Positions 20,000 to 30,310 of a stretch of DNA of 64,000 nucleotides are shown here, piece after piece. The translations under genes and the position numbers were made by a program. Within the stretch, counting starts at the first letter, position 1; each line of letters starts with the position of its first letter. The stretch is from Candidatus Magasanikbacteria bacterium RIFCSPHIGHO2_01_FULL_41_23 (GTDB taxonomy: Bacteria > Patescibacteriota > Patescibacteriia > Magasanikbacterales > UBA922): NCBI GenBank assembly GCA_001782805.1, contig MFPT01000003.1:44072-108071 (forward strand). Reading direction: 5' to 3'. The notes beneath the pieces are model-generated. The model was not told the origin of the DNA, did not search any database, and worked only from the letters and a program-made list of their open reading frames with translations.

Positions 20000-21418
20000 T
20001 TAAAGTTCAAACGCTCCACTATCACACCTCATTTTTGGTCTAAAGTATCCTCGTTGATCTTGAAAAAGCAGTTTGTCCAAATAATCAAAACAGCCGTATT
20101 TATTTCCGGCATCTTTGGCCGGACTGGTTGGCGCTAGCCGATGTGTTTTGGTGGGACCACCATTAAATTCCAGTGGAAATAATAATGGATTGGTATTTAT
20201 TTTGTCGCCGCTAATAGGAGTAAAACAACTGTTATCGGAAATCACATTATTTCCATCGGATTTAATTGAATAAATGCAATTTTTACCTTCGCTCGCAATA
20301 ATGCTATTTTTTATTTTAAAATCAGTGCCGGGAACATTCACTACAAAAAATGTGTGTCCCACTGAAACTCCGGCCGCATCTGAATTTGCTATCGTCGGTA
20401 TCTTTACTGTATTTTTTGCCACGGTCACATTGGCCAAATAGGTTTTGGAATATGCTCCGGCATAGATTGCTCCGCCATGAGCAAAGACAAAACTTTCCGC
20501 ATTAGTGTAACCATACGACGTTGCTTCATTTCCGCTAATCGTACTATTCGTGATATAGAATTTACTGGAAGATTCCAAATACATTCCCGCTCCTTGCGCT
20601 TTGCCATACAATGTTTTTTCTTGCAATGTGGTTTCCACTTTGTTGCCATAAATGCTGGAACCTTCAATATCTGTCCGAATAATCGCCGTGCTGTATATGC
20701 CACCACCACGCGCGTTGGCCGATCCTTTACTTATTTTTGAACTGGTAAACGCGTAATTATTGAATATGGTTGAATTGAGAATTGTTAGTTTGTTGGCATT
20801 ATAAATTCCCGCTCCTTGCGCCTCCACATCTTTTCCTTTGATGATCAAACCGTTGCGTGGTCCGATTTCCGAATTAATTAAGTAAAGCGATGCCGTGCTC
20901 CCATTATAAATTCCCGCGCCGCGAATCGTGGTGTTTTTGTCCAGGCTGTTTTGCTCTATATTATTCTGATAGATTTTGACCGCGAACAATTCCAATATGC
21001 CTTGATTATGGATTCCCGCGCCTTGCAGTGTTGACGAAGCGGATAAATAACCGTTCGTGATACGCAGATTATTTATTACGACATGAGCATTTTTGGCAAT
21101 GGCAAAAATTCGACCGGTTTTTTGGGCATCAATAATGGCCGTGCCGTTTATCGTCATATCAACGTTGGTATCAGGCGAATCATTTCCCTTTATCAATAAT
21201 TCGCCGACAAGATTTATTTTTTCAATTGTGGGAGAAATGGTGATAACATCAGTTTCGTTGTTGGTATTTGCGACTTCAATAGCGCCACGCAATGTACAGG
21301 TCTCAGTGCACAAATCTGTGTCCCCGCTATCATTTACTAGAAATATTTTGGCCGCGGTATTTTGAACAAGAAAAAAATTGACAATAAAAAATATTAGGGC
21401 TGAAAAAATCAGTCTCAT
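20000..21418 (-). CDS. Secreted CSLREA-like beta-helix protein with a choice-of-anchor-Q-like C-terminus
   Basis: Signal peptide, CTLRGAI, GAGIYN/GGAIY repeats, NGGPT.TH.L...SPA.DAG...DQRG...CDSGAFE. Confidence 0.8.
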   Translation of the reverse strand: MRLIFSALIFFIVNFFLVQNTAAKIFLVNDSGDTDLCTETCTLRGAIEVANTNNETDVITISPTIEKINLVGELLIKGNDSPDTNVDMTINGTAIIDAQKTGRIFAIAKNAHVVINNLRITNGYLSASSTLQGAGIHNQGILELFAVKIYQNNIEQNSLDKNTTIRGAGIYNGSTASLYLINSEIGPRNGLIIKGKDVEAQGAGIYNANKLTILNSTIFNNYAFTSSKISKGSANARGGGIYSTAIIRTDIEGSSIYGNKVETTLQEKTLYGKAQGAGMYLESSSKFYITNSTISGNEATSYGYTNAESFVFAHGGAIYAGAYSKTYLANVTVAKNTVKIPTIANSDAAGVSVGHTFFVVNVPGTDFKIKNSIIASEGKNCIYSIKSDGNNVISDNSCFTPISGDKINTNPLLFPLEFNGGPTKTHRLAPTSPAKDAGNKYGCFDYLDKLLFQDQRGYFRPKMRCDSGAFEL

Positions 21419-21637
21419 ATAAAGAAATTTAAATAGTTAAATAAAAAAAAACTTTTTGTGCGCAAAAACACAAAAAGTTCAGGAGGATTCTTTAGCAATG
21501 AATGTATTATAATTAAAAATTTTAATGAAGTCAATAGACTTGAATAGAACAGGTTAGGGATGTTTAATTTGACACATTTTCTAAATTTGGTATAATTTAG
21601 TCAGTTAATTGACCATATTTAAACTAATTTAGTCAAT

Positions 21638-22768
21638 ATGTATATTCCACAAAAACAATTGGAAAATCTGTCTCGTTATGTTAAGCCGGGTAAAGCCGTA
21701 GTGATTTTTGGTCCTCGCCGTACCGGAAAAACAACCTTAGTAAAGAAATTTTTAGCAAATTATTCCGCTAAATATTTATTTGTTACCGGTGAGGATATTA
21801 ATATACGGGAATATTTGAGCAGTGAATCGATCGAGAAATTAAAAAGTTTTATTGGTAGTAATAAGCTTGTGGTCATTGACGAGGCACAAAAAATTCCGCA
21901 AATAGGTTTGAATATAAAACTAATTATTGATCATCTGCCTGAAGTCGCAGTGATTGCGACCGGTTCATCAGCGTTTGATCTTGCTCGCAATTTGGGTGAA
22001 CCTCTCACTGGTAGAAAGTATACGCTTAAGCAATATCCACTGGCGCAACTAGAGATAGCCCAAATTGAAAATCTGGCAGAAACAAATGCGCACTTAGAAG
22101 ACAGGCTCATATATGGTTCATATCCCGAAGTGGTCATCGAGTCTGGAAGAGAAGAGCGACAAATATACCTCAAAGATATTGTACAATCATATTTGTATAA
22201 AGATATTCTTGAGCTGGATGGTTTGCGTTATGCTCATAAAATAGTTCAATTATTACAGCTTCTAGCCTTTCAAATTGGAAAAGAAGTCTCCTATTCCGAA
22301 TTAGCCACACAGCTTGGGTTCAGCAAAAATACCGTGGAAAAATATCTTGACCTTTTGGAAAAGAATTTTGTGGTCTATCGTCTGACCGGCTTTAGCCGTA
22401 ATTTGCGTAAAGAATTACGCAAAAGTCATCGCTATTATTTTTATGATAATGGTATACGCAACGCGCTCATTAATAATTTTAATACCATTAGCGTGCGCGA
22501 CGATATCGGTATGCTGTGGGAAAATTATCTAATTAGTGAACGTCTAAAGAAACAAGAATATCACGGCTTATTGAGTAATAATTATTTTTGGCGCACGTAT
22601 GATCAACAAGAAATTGATTTCATTGAAGAAAGAGCAGGTAAACTTTTTGGCTATGAGATGAAATGGAAGTTTAAAAAAGTGAAACCGCCAAAATCGTGGT
22701 TGGATGCATACCCTAATTCTGAATTTGTGATAATTTCTCCTGAAAATTATTTGGATTTTATTACATAG
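21638..22768 (+). CDS. AAA+ ATPase (AAA_14 + DUF4143 type)
   Basis: GPRRTGKTT, IDEAQ, TGSS, YGSYP, DNGIRN, EIDF...EMK; TTGACA-16-TATAAT promoter at 21569-21596. Confidence 0.9.
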   Translation: MYIPQKQLENLSRYVKPGKAVVIFGPRRTGKTTLVKKFLANYSAKYLFVTGEDINIREYLSSESIEKLKSFIGSNKLVVIDEAQKIPQIGLNIKLIIDHLPEVAVIATGSSAFDLARNLGEPLTGRKYTLKQYPLAQLEIAQIENLAETNAHLEDRLIYGSYPEVVIESGREERQIYLKDIVQSYLYKDILELDGLRYAHKIVQLLQLLAFQIGKEVSYSELATQLGFSKNTVEKYLDLLEKNFVVYRLTGFSRNLRKELRKSHRYYFYDNGIRNALINNFNTISVRDDIGMLWENYLISERLKKQEYHGLLSNNYFWRTYDQQEIDFIEERAGKLFGYEMKWKFKKVKPPKSWLDAYPNSEFVIISPENYLDFIT

Positions 22769-22812
22769 TTTGTTATACTCCCATCCACATTAATCTCCTC
22801 ATTTAATTCCCT

Positions 22813-25122
22813 ATGACGCTCATAAAGCCATTGATTACCACCACCCTTTTAATGGGCAGTATCGTGACTTTTTTTTCTCACGTTAATTCACCCGTTGTTA
22901 CTAATGAAACCATTACGAAAAAAACAGCGAATGAAATAAAAGTCGCTCCTTTTTTTATTGCCAATAACGGCCAAATTGATGATGATGTCCATTTTTATGT
23001 CAAAGGAAGTCAACATTCTTTCTTTCTAAAAGAGAGTGGAGAAGCAGTTACTCGCAGTATTTATAAAGAAGATAAAAAAGAAAATTCCGATTCTGTTTTA
23101 CCCGGAGTGGAAACTGCAAATGCCCAAACCGTTCGCGAAGTAGGATTTACTCAAACATTTATTGGAGCAAACAGAGGAGTATTGCCAAAGGCAGGAGAAC
23201 GAGCGATTCCGATTCTTAATTTCTTTACTGGCAACAAAAAAACAACCGAAGTTCCCACGTATAATGATTTTACCTATAAAAATCTGTATGATGGAATTGA
23301 TTTGACCTATCGGGTATCCAAGGAAAACAAAGTTAAATACGATTTGATTGTTGGGGCAGGAGTTGATCCCCGCAACATTGTGATGCAGTTTGCCGGTGTG
23401 CAAGATTTGTTTGTTGATTTTGAAGGTAATTTGCAGATGAAAACCCCTGCCCAGACATTTACCCAGCACAAACCCTACGTGTACCAGTTGGTTAATGGTG
23501 TTGAGCAAGCTGTCGCGGGATCTTATAAAGTCAATATAAGCAATAATACCGTCAGTTTTGCTCTCGGTAATTACAATCTCGGTCTTCCACTTATTATCGA
23601 TCCGGTCTTGGATCAGTTGGGTGCAAGTACGTTGTATGGAGGGTCTGGTGCAGATAGTATAAATAGTCTTGTTCGAAACAGTTCAGATCAAATTTATGTG
23701 ACAGGTTCCACAGATGATAGCACTACTGATTTGCCGGTCATTTCCGGAGGATATGACATCTCTCACAATGGCGGTAATGATGCATTTGTTGCTCGGTTTG
23801 ATAATAATCTGGAAGATCTCACGTATGCTACTTATATTGGTGGATCTAGTAGTGAATATGGTGAGGATATTGCGCTTGATACTAACGGAAAGGTAGTTAT
23901 GGTTGGGCATACAAATAGTGGAGCATCATATCCAACAACCGCTGGATCATATTCAAGTTCCTCCGCTGGTGGTTTTAATATCCTTGTTTCGCGATTTTCC
24001 GCCAATTTAGCTGACCTCGAAGCATCTTCCCGATTTGGAGGAAGTGAGACCGATACTGCCTATGGATTATATATTAACAGTAGTAATATAATCTATATTT
24101 TAGGCAGCACTGGCAGCTCCAACTTTCCGGAAGTTAATGGAAATTACCAAAGCTCGTATGGAGGAGGCGAAGGAGATGTATTTGTAGCAAAGTTACCAAG
24201 TGATTTAACCTCTCTTGAATCTACCTATCTGGGTGGCGCGGCTGGTGACTATATTTATAGCGGGAATGCTCCACTTGTAGCAGATAGCAGTGGTAATATT
24301 TATGTTGGTGGTTACACTTTTTCAAGTGATTTTCCCACAACCGGCAGTGCCTACGATACTACATTTAGTGGTTCGAATTATGAGGCCTTTATTAGTAAGT
24401 TCTCATCTGATTTAACATCTCTTTCCGCTTCCACTTATTTTGGGTCTACCGGTGTTAGTCGGGTTGTAGATTTAATTTTCGATTCAAATGGTGCTCTATA
24501 TGCATCTATAGTAGTTGTTGGTACTGTGTCAACAACTCCAGATGTACTGCAGACAGATGCGTCAAAAGGATACATCGGCAAGTTTACGTCTAATTTACAG
24601 ACACTAAGTGTTGGCACCTATTTTGGTGGTGCTGGTGTAAATGTTTACCCGCGAACAATGACACTAGACAGCAGCGATAACGTTTATATTGCTGGAATTG
24701 TCTCTAGCACTATTTTCGCCACTACATCCGGCGCCTATGATACGTCGTATAATGGTGGTGCCTACGATGGTTTTGTTTCAAAAATAACCGCTAATTTGCA
24801 GACATTATCCGAATCAACGTACATTGGAGGTAGTGGAGAGGATTATATACTTGCTATAGCATTAAATGTGGATCAGGACAATGTGTTTGTAGCAGGATAT
24901 TCCGATGATTCCACTACTGATTACCCCACAACAGGAGATGCGTATGATACCACACATAATGGACTTGCGGATGGGTTTATAACTATTTTTGGAGCAATAG
25001 GAGGTATACAGGGCGGTGGTGGCGGAAGCAGTGTTCCGGAGTTTTCAACCTACATATATCTGATAACTTTGTTCTGGTGCGGGTATCTGTTGTTCAAAAA
25101 ATTTAACCCGCAATTTGTCTAG
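22813..25122 (+). CDS. Secreted SBBP-repeat beta-propeller surface protein with a C-terminal VPEF-TM-basic sorting tail
   Basis: F.AN.GQ, Y.NLYDGIDL, L.IDP, TY.GG...YV.G.T repeats; tail GGGGGSSVPEF-hydrophobic-KK. Confidence 0.85.
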   Translation: MTLIKPLITTTLLMGSIVTFFSHVNSPVVTNETITKKTANEIKVAPFFIANNGQIDDDVHFYVKGSQHSFFLKESGEAVTRSIYKEDKKENSDSVLPGVETANAQTVREVGFTQTFIGANRGVLPKAGERAIPILNFFTGNKKTTEVPTYNDFTYKNLYDGIDLTYRVSKENKVKYDLIVGAGVDPRNIVMQFAGVQDLFVDFEGNLQMKTPAQTFTQHKPYVYQLVNGVEQAVAGSYKVNISNNTVSFALGNYNLGLPLIIDPVLDQLGASTLYGGSGADSINSLVRNSSDQIYVTGSTDDSTTDLPVISGGYDISHNGGNDAFVARFDNNLEDLTYATYIGGSSSEYGEDIALDTNGKVVMVGHTNSGASYPTTAGSYSSSSAGGFNILVSRFSANLADLEASSRFGGSETDTAYGLYINSSNIIYILGSTGSSNFPEVNGNYQSSYGGGEGDVFVAKLPSDLTSLESTYLGGAAGDYIYSGNAPLVADSSGNIYVGGYTFSSDFPTTGSAYDTTFSGSNYEAFISKFSSDLTSLSASTYFGSTGVSRVVDLIFDSNGALYASIVVVGTVSTTPDVLQTDASKGYIGKFTSNLQTLSVGTYFGGAGVNVYPRTMTLDSSDNVYIAGIVSSTIFATTSGAYDTSYNGGAYDGFVSKITANLQTLSESTYIGGSGEDYILAIALNVDQDNVFVAGYSDDSTTDYPTTGDAYDTTHNGLADGFITIFGAIGGIQGGGGGSSVPEFSTYIYLITLFWCGYLLFKKFNPQFV

Positions 25123-25218
25123 CTTGACACATACACGTTTTTCCTGCTAGGTTTCCTTTGTTCGTTATACCATAAATCACTTATTCCTCGGGGCTCAACT
25201 TCGAGGTAATTCATCAAT

Positions 25219-28200
25219 ATGAAACGAAGTTTTTTTCTTAGACCTCTTCTGGTTATTTTTTTGGTTTTCGTCAGCCTAGCACCCAGTGGAACACTACTGG
25301 CCGGCAATGGTTTGGAAAATCAGACCGGATTCGACCAATACGAACAGGGCAAGATATTGGTAAAATTTTCTTCTGATCTTGGTCTTGATTTGTTGGAAGG
25401 GGATTCGGCGGAAAAACGAATAAGAGGAGGAAAGCTACTATTTGTTGGAAATACCAAGCACAAACGCGATGCCAACTCTATTTTGAATAATCAATGGATA
25501 GAATCCATTGAGCCATTTTTCAAAGGTGCTCATTATTCAGCGCGCTTGATCAGGGCAAAAGATGGAACAATGACTTTGCAAGAGATAGAAAAAACGCGTA
25601 TCAATACTCTGCGACAAGCTCGCAATTTGGTTCCTTTGCCTGTCGCGCAGACCGTTACTACGTTGTCCAATATTTACCAAATTACTTTGCGTGCCGATAA
25701 ATTTCAAAATACAAAACGATTCGTAGATTTTCTGTCGGCACAGCCATACATTGAATTCGCGGAACAGCTCGATCTTCCCACATTGGGAATTTCTACCGTG
25801 CCAAATGATCCGCTGTATCCGGATCAATGGACACATAATAACACTGCTTTTAATGATGGTACGCCCGGAGCTGATATCAATACACAAGAAGCTTGGGATA
25901 CTGCCACCGGCACTTCCACAGTAATCGTAGCCGTTCTTGACAGCGGTATTACTCCACATAGTGAATTTTCCGATCGTTTGCTCGATGGTACTGCATACTA
26001 TGGCGACACTACGGACAAAGGTAAAAATGATATTTCCAATTCATCTCCCGATGGTCATGGTACGCAGGTCGCGGGCATCATAGGCGCGGAAGGTAACAAT
26101 GGTCAGGGACTCGCTGGAATATGTTGGAGCTGTAAAATGATTCCAATTCGCATTGTTGATTCAGGTGGATCAGGTAGCAAATTCAATCTTGCTGCCGGTA
26201 TTGGCGACGCGGTATCCATGGGCGCGGATGTCATAAACATGAGTATCGGTTATTCAAACGGTACAGCCACTCTGCAAGCCGCGGTACAAAATGCGTTCGC
26301 GGCAGGTGTTACCATGGTCGCGTCGAGAGGTAATTATAATTTCAGCAATCCTCAATTCAGTTCAAATGTCGCGCCGGTATTTCCCGCCAGTTATCCGGAA
26401 GTAATATCCGTGGGTGGCTTGAGTCCTTGCGATCAGCGTAAATCAGCTTCTTCATGCGACGGGGAAAATTGGTTCGAGAGTATGTACGCGGACACCTTAT
26501 CAATTTTGGCTCCGGGAACAAAAGTTGATACTACGAGCAAAAATGGTGGCTATGTGAATAATTTTAACGGTACCTCAGCCTCGGCTCCGGAAGTCAGTGG
26601 TGTAGTAGCCCTCATGTTATCTGTCAATCCTACGCTTACTCCTACGCAAGTAAGACAAGTTTTAGAGAGTACCGCGGTTGATCTCGGATCTGCCGGATAT
26701 GATTCTGAACATGGATACGGAAAAGTAAATGCCGAGGCTGCAGTGTTAGCGGCGCAAGCATTGTTGCCTGTTTCCGCGCCCACATTGCTGGCCCAATGGA
26801 ATTTTGATGAGCAAACATGGAATGGCGCGAACGCGGTTACAGATAGCGTAAACGCAAATCATGCCACTGCCTTTGGTGGAGCGTATCCTACCAGTAGTCC
26901 GGAAGTGGCGAGTGGTACAGCCGCTGTATTTGATGGAATTGATGATTATATAAAGACGCCGATTGTGTTTACCTCGCAAGGCGCGTTGAGTATCAGCGCG
27001 TGGTACAAAACAAATAATATCGGCAAAGATCGTATGGCAGTTGTGGGAGGCAATGCCGGCGGACGATTTGAAATGTATGTGCATCAGGGTAAGCCCGGAT
27101 GTCGTGTCTGGAAAAATGGAGAAAAATCAATATACGCGACAGAGCAATTTACAGGTGACTGGCATCATGTGGTATGTGTCCAAGATTACAGTGTCGGACA
27201 GACTCGGCTATATGTTGATGGCATACTGCGCGCAACGACGGCAAGCGCTTCAGATAGCGGAGGTGGATATTGGCATATAGGTCGTTCAGGATCAGCTTTG
27301 GCTTCGTCGTTTCAGGGTATGATTGATCGTGTTGGCATGTACAGCCAGACACTTGATGACGCGGATGTGCAAACTTTGTACACACAACAAAATATCTACA
27401 GTCCTGTGGCGCAAACAGACACTTCTCTACTTGGTGAATGGAAATTTGAACAATCCGCATGGACAAGCGCCACAGGTCAAGTGATTGATTCCAGTTCAAA
27501 CAATAATCACGCGACAGCGCAAGGCGGGATACAGCCAAGTACCGTCGCAGGTGTTCAAAATACCGCGGCGAATTTTGATGGAATCAATGACGCCATTCTC
27601 ACCCCTGTATCTTTTTCCAATGCGAATGATCTAACCATTTCCGCGTGGTACAAGACAGACAACGCGTCACAACAGCGTATGACGCTTATGGGCGGTAACA
27701 CCGGCGGGCGCTTTGAAATGTATGTACATCAAGGCAAGCCCGGATGTCGCGTGTGGGATACGGCTGACCGCTCCATTTACGCGCCACAAGCATCAGTAGG
27801 TATATGGACTCATGTGGCTTGTATTCAGCGCTATGGCGCCTCTCCTTCGACAGAGTTGTATGTAAACGGCGTATTCATTACTTCCACTCCACGCAGTTCT
27901 GTCGCGGCCGGAGGCGCGTGGTATATCGGTCGTTCCGGTTCAAGCATCGCTAACTATTTTAATGGTACCATAGACCATCCCATCATACGCGCCCGTGCTA
28001 TAAGCTCTGCCGAAATAACCGCATTATATAATAGTACAATCGTCGATTATCCTATAGTTACTTTTGATCCTGCATTGACCGCATGGTACAAATTCAATGA
28101 AACCGCTTGGACCGGTCAAATGGGGGATGTCTTTGACGCTACGGGGAAAAATCCGGCTCAATCAAAAAATGGAGTTTCGCAGACAGTCAAATTGGATACG

Positions 28201-28680
28201 GACAAGGTCGCGACATTTGACGGTGTGAATGATTTTATTTCAACACCAAATAAATTCACATCAAATGCTTCGATAACTCTTTCCGCGTGGGTCAAAACAT
28301 CAAATCAGACAAAAAAGCGTATGACCGTTGTTGGAGACAATGTAGGCGGGCGCTTTGAAGTATATGTTGATCAAGGCAAACCGGGATGTCGTGTGTGGAC
28401 TACGAAAGATATGAGTATATTTTCAAATTCGACGATAGACGGGCAATGGCATCATATTATATGCGTGCTCGATTATGCCTCTGGACAGACTCGTCTCTAT
28501 GTGGATGGCGTGCTTCAGAAGCAGGTCAACGGTGTCTCTGTGTCCGCTGGGGGTTATTTCTCTGTTGGAAAGTCAGGATCCGCCCTCGCTACTTATTACG
28601 AAGGATCGGTAGATAATGTTCAATTATACAGTAAGGCTTTCACTGACGCGGAAGCTGCTACTTTGTTTGGACAGGGATAA
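25219..28680 (+). CDS. Secreted S8 subtilase with three LamG-like domains
   Basis: VAVLDSG, HGTQVAG, GTSASAP triad; three FDG..D...W.H....LYV.G repeats. Confidence 0.92.
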   Translation: MKRSFFLRPLLVIFLVFVSLAPSGTLLAGNGLENQTGFDQYEQGKILVKFSSDLGLDLLEGDSAEKRIRGGKLLFVGNTKHKRDANSILNNQWIESIEPFFKGAHYSARLIRAKDGTMTLQEIEKTRINTLRQARNLVPLPVAQTVTTLSNIYQITLRADKFQNTKRFVDFLSAQPYIEFAEQLDLPTLGISTVPNDPLYPDQWTHNNTAFNDGTPGADINTQEAWDTATGTSTVIVAVLDSGITPHSEFSDRLLDGTAYYGDTTDKGKNDISNSSPDGHGTQVAGIIGAEGNNGQGLAGICWSCKMIPIRIVDSGGSGSKFNLAAGIGDAVSMGADVINMSIGYSNGTATLQAAVQNAFAAGVTMVASRGNYNFSNPQFSSNVAPVFPASYPEVISVGGLSPCDQRKSASSCDGENWFESMYADTLSILAPGTKVDTTSKNGGYVNNFNGTSASAPEVSGVVALMLSVNPTLTPTQVRQVLESTAVDLGSAGYDSEHGYGKVNAEAAVLAAQALLPVSAPTLLAQWNFDEQTWNGANAVTDSVNANHATAFGGAYPTSSPEVASGTAAVFDGIDDYIKTPIVFTSQGALSISAWYKTNNIGKDRMAVVGGNAGGRFEMYVHQGKPGCRVWKNGEKSIYATEQFTGDWHHVVCVQDYSVGQTRLYVDGILRATTASASDSGGGYWHIGRSGSALASSFQGMIDRVGMYSQTLDDADVQTLYTQQNIYSPVAQTDTSLLGEWKFEQSAWTSATGQVIDSSSNNNHATAQGGIQPSTVAGVQNTAANFDGINDAILTPVSFSNANDLTISAWYKTDNASQQRMTLMGGNTGGRFEMYVHQGKPGCRVWDTADRSIYAPQASVGIWTHVACIQRYGASPSTELYVNGVFITSTPRSSVAAGGAWYIGRSGSSIANYFNGTIDHPIIRARAISSAEITALYNSTIVDYPIVTFDPALTAWYKFNETAWTGQMGDVFDATGKNPAQSKNGVSQTVKLDTDKVATFDGVNDFISTPNKFTSNASITLSAWVKTSNQTKKRMTVVGDNVGGRFEVYVDQGKPGCRVWTTKDMSIFSNSTIDGQWHHIICVLDYASGQTRLYVDGVLQKQVNGVSVSAGGYFSVGKSGSALATYYEGSVDNVQLYSKAFTDAEAATLFGQG

Positions 28681-29608
28681 TGAGAAGAGGAATAAGTTTA
28701 TAAATATATCCTATAAACAGGAGCAAAAATAACAACGATCCAATACCGCTATGGAATGCTTGGATGGCAAATTCAGGAGAATAATACGCGCCAACCAACA
28801 AGATAAGAAGCACACGGATGGTATTTAGTATATACGTTGCCAACAATCCAAGAATAAATAAGACAATGCTTCGTATTATATATATTTTGTGATGCAAAAT
28901 AAGCATAAGAACAGCAATCGAATACAGGGTGGTAAACGCAGTCATGGAATAGATTCCGGCGCACGGAGCTCCAATGTATATATCAAATTCTTTAATAATA
29001 ACATGATATGTATTCGGTTCTATACTATACGGCACGTGCAGCCAGGGAAGTACGATACCTAATAAAAATATGGTACCGCCCGAAAGATATGGCCAAATAT
29101 AATCAGTCAGAAGAAAAGCGCAAAAAAGCGGGAAAATAATAAGCGTGGAAAAAATCAATTCAAATTTGAATCGTCCGGCGAAATGTGTACCAAAAATAGC
29201 GAGAAAAATAAGGACATGAGTAACAAAAATAGTTATTAAATATATCGCATAGCGATCAATTTCTTTTTGCCCAAAAGAAAAAATCCATGGTAGATGAGTG
29301 TAGATAAATAACAAAAGTCCAACGCAGAAAATAGTTTCTATTTTATTTTGTTTAAAATATTTAATTGAACGAATTTTTTTGGCCGATAGCGCCAGTACGA
29401 TTGCGAGTATGACAAATCCAATATAACGCAAAAATCCATCGTTGAAAATTATTTTATAATAAATACTTTTTTCTACAATAAAATTAAAGGCAAAACGATT
29501 GACTGTATATAAAATGCAAAAAAGCATTATGCGTATAACAATCTGACTTAGATGATTTTGTTTGAGAGTGTTCCAATCAATTTCAATAAATTTCATATCC
29601 CATATCAT
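28658..29608 (-). CDS. Exosortase/archaeosortase-family membrane protein
   Basis: Multi-TM; IGAPCAGIYS (Cys), LNTIRV (Arg), AFHS (His). Confidence 0.85.
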   Translation of the reverse strand: MIWDMKFIEIDWNTLKQNHLSQIVIRIMLFCILYTVNRFAFNFIVEKSIYYKIIFNDGFLRYIGFVILAIVLALSAKKIRSIKYFKQNKIETIFCVGLLLFIYTHLPWIFSFGQKEIDRYAIYLITIFVTHVLIFLAIFGTHFAGRFKFELIFSTLIIFPLFCAFLLTDYIWPYLSGGTIFLLGIVLPWLHVPYSIEPNTYHVIIKEFDIYIGAPCAGIYSMTAFTTLYSIAVLMLILHHKIYIIRSIVLFILGLLATYILNTIRVLLILLVGAYYSPEFAIQAFHSGIGSLLFLLLFIGYIYKLIPLLIIPVQTK

Positions 29609-29673
29609 ACCGTACTTGCTGCGGTATTGGCTAGGGTACTAAAAATACGTGGAATTAAACCACGTATTTTTAT

Positions 29674-30196
29674 ACTTCTACCATATAAGCCGAATTTTGT
29701 CCTTCGACTCGACCTTCGGTCTCGCTCAGGACAAGTCCCTGTATAATTAAGGATTTATCATGAGCGAGCGAAGCGAGTCGAATGATGATCATTTCTCTTG
29801 TCCCGATGTTACCATCGGGATCAAATAACGAGCTAACTTTTCGAATCCAGACAAGTCGGGAAACGCTGCTCTTTCTCCAGGTAGGGTTTGCCATGTTGTC
29901 ATGTTGCCATAACAGAAGTATGGTAGCTTTTGACTCGAGGACAAAAACATCCATACACTTTTCACGTTTCACCACGAAGTGGTGACCCTGAGTGAACGAA
30001 GTGAATCGAAGGGTATCCTTCGACCTCGCTCAGGATAATCACTTCGCGATTAGTATTGTCTCTGTGGCACTATCCCGTACGCCGCGTTACCGCGTCGCAG
30101 GTGGATGTTATCCATTACCTTTTCCAATTGAATGGGCGGAGTTCGGACTTTCCTAACCTCGACTTTACGTCGGAGCTCGATCATCTTGGTAGAAGC
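29674..30196 (-). ncRNA. rnpB: RNase P RNA, enlarged (~520 nt) by inserted hairpin elements
   Basis: Minus strand: AGGAAAGTCCGAAC, AGTGCCACAGAGA, GGCAAACCCTACCTGGAG, ACAAAATTCGGCTTAT; P1 CTTCTACCA/TGGTAGAAG; TTGACT-17-TATTAT promoter at 30231-30203. Confidence 0.93.
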
Positions 30197-30310
30197 GAGG
30201 GAATAATAGGATAAAGTTGGATAAAAGTCAAGATTCATTTTATTTTTGATTTTCCTTTTTGATGGTTGACCGTAACGGATAATTGGGCTACTCTTATAGT
30301 AATAAATCTT

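Noticed and set aside
26770-28680. Diversity-generating retroelement suggested by the near-repeated LamG DNA
   Set aside because: Differences are not adenine-specific and there is no reverse transcriptase; ordinary domain triplication.
29670-29985. ORFs 29670-29975(-) and 29782-29985(+); the first looked faintly GIY-YIG-like
   Set aside because: Both lie inside the RNase P RNA gene; the LSETEGRVEG peptide is just a translated repeat.
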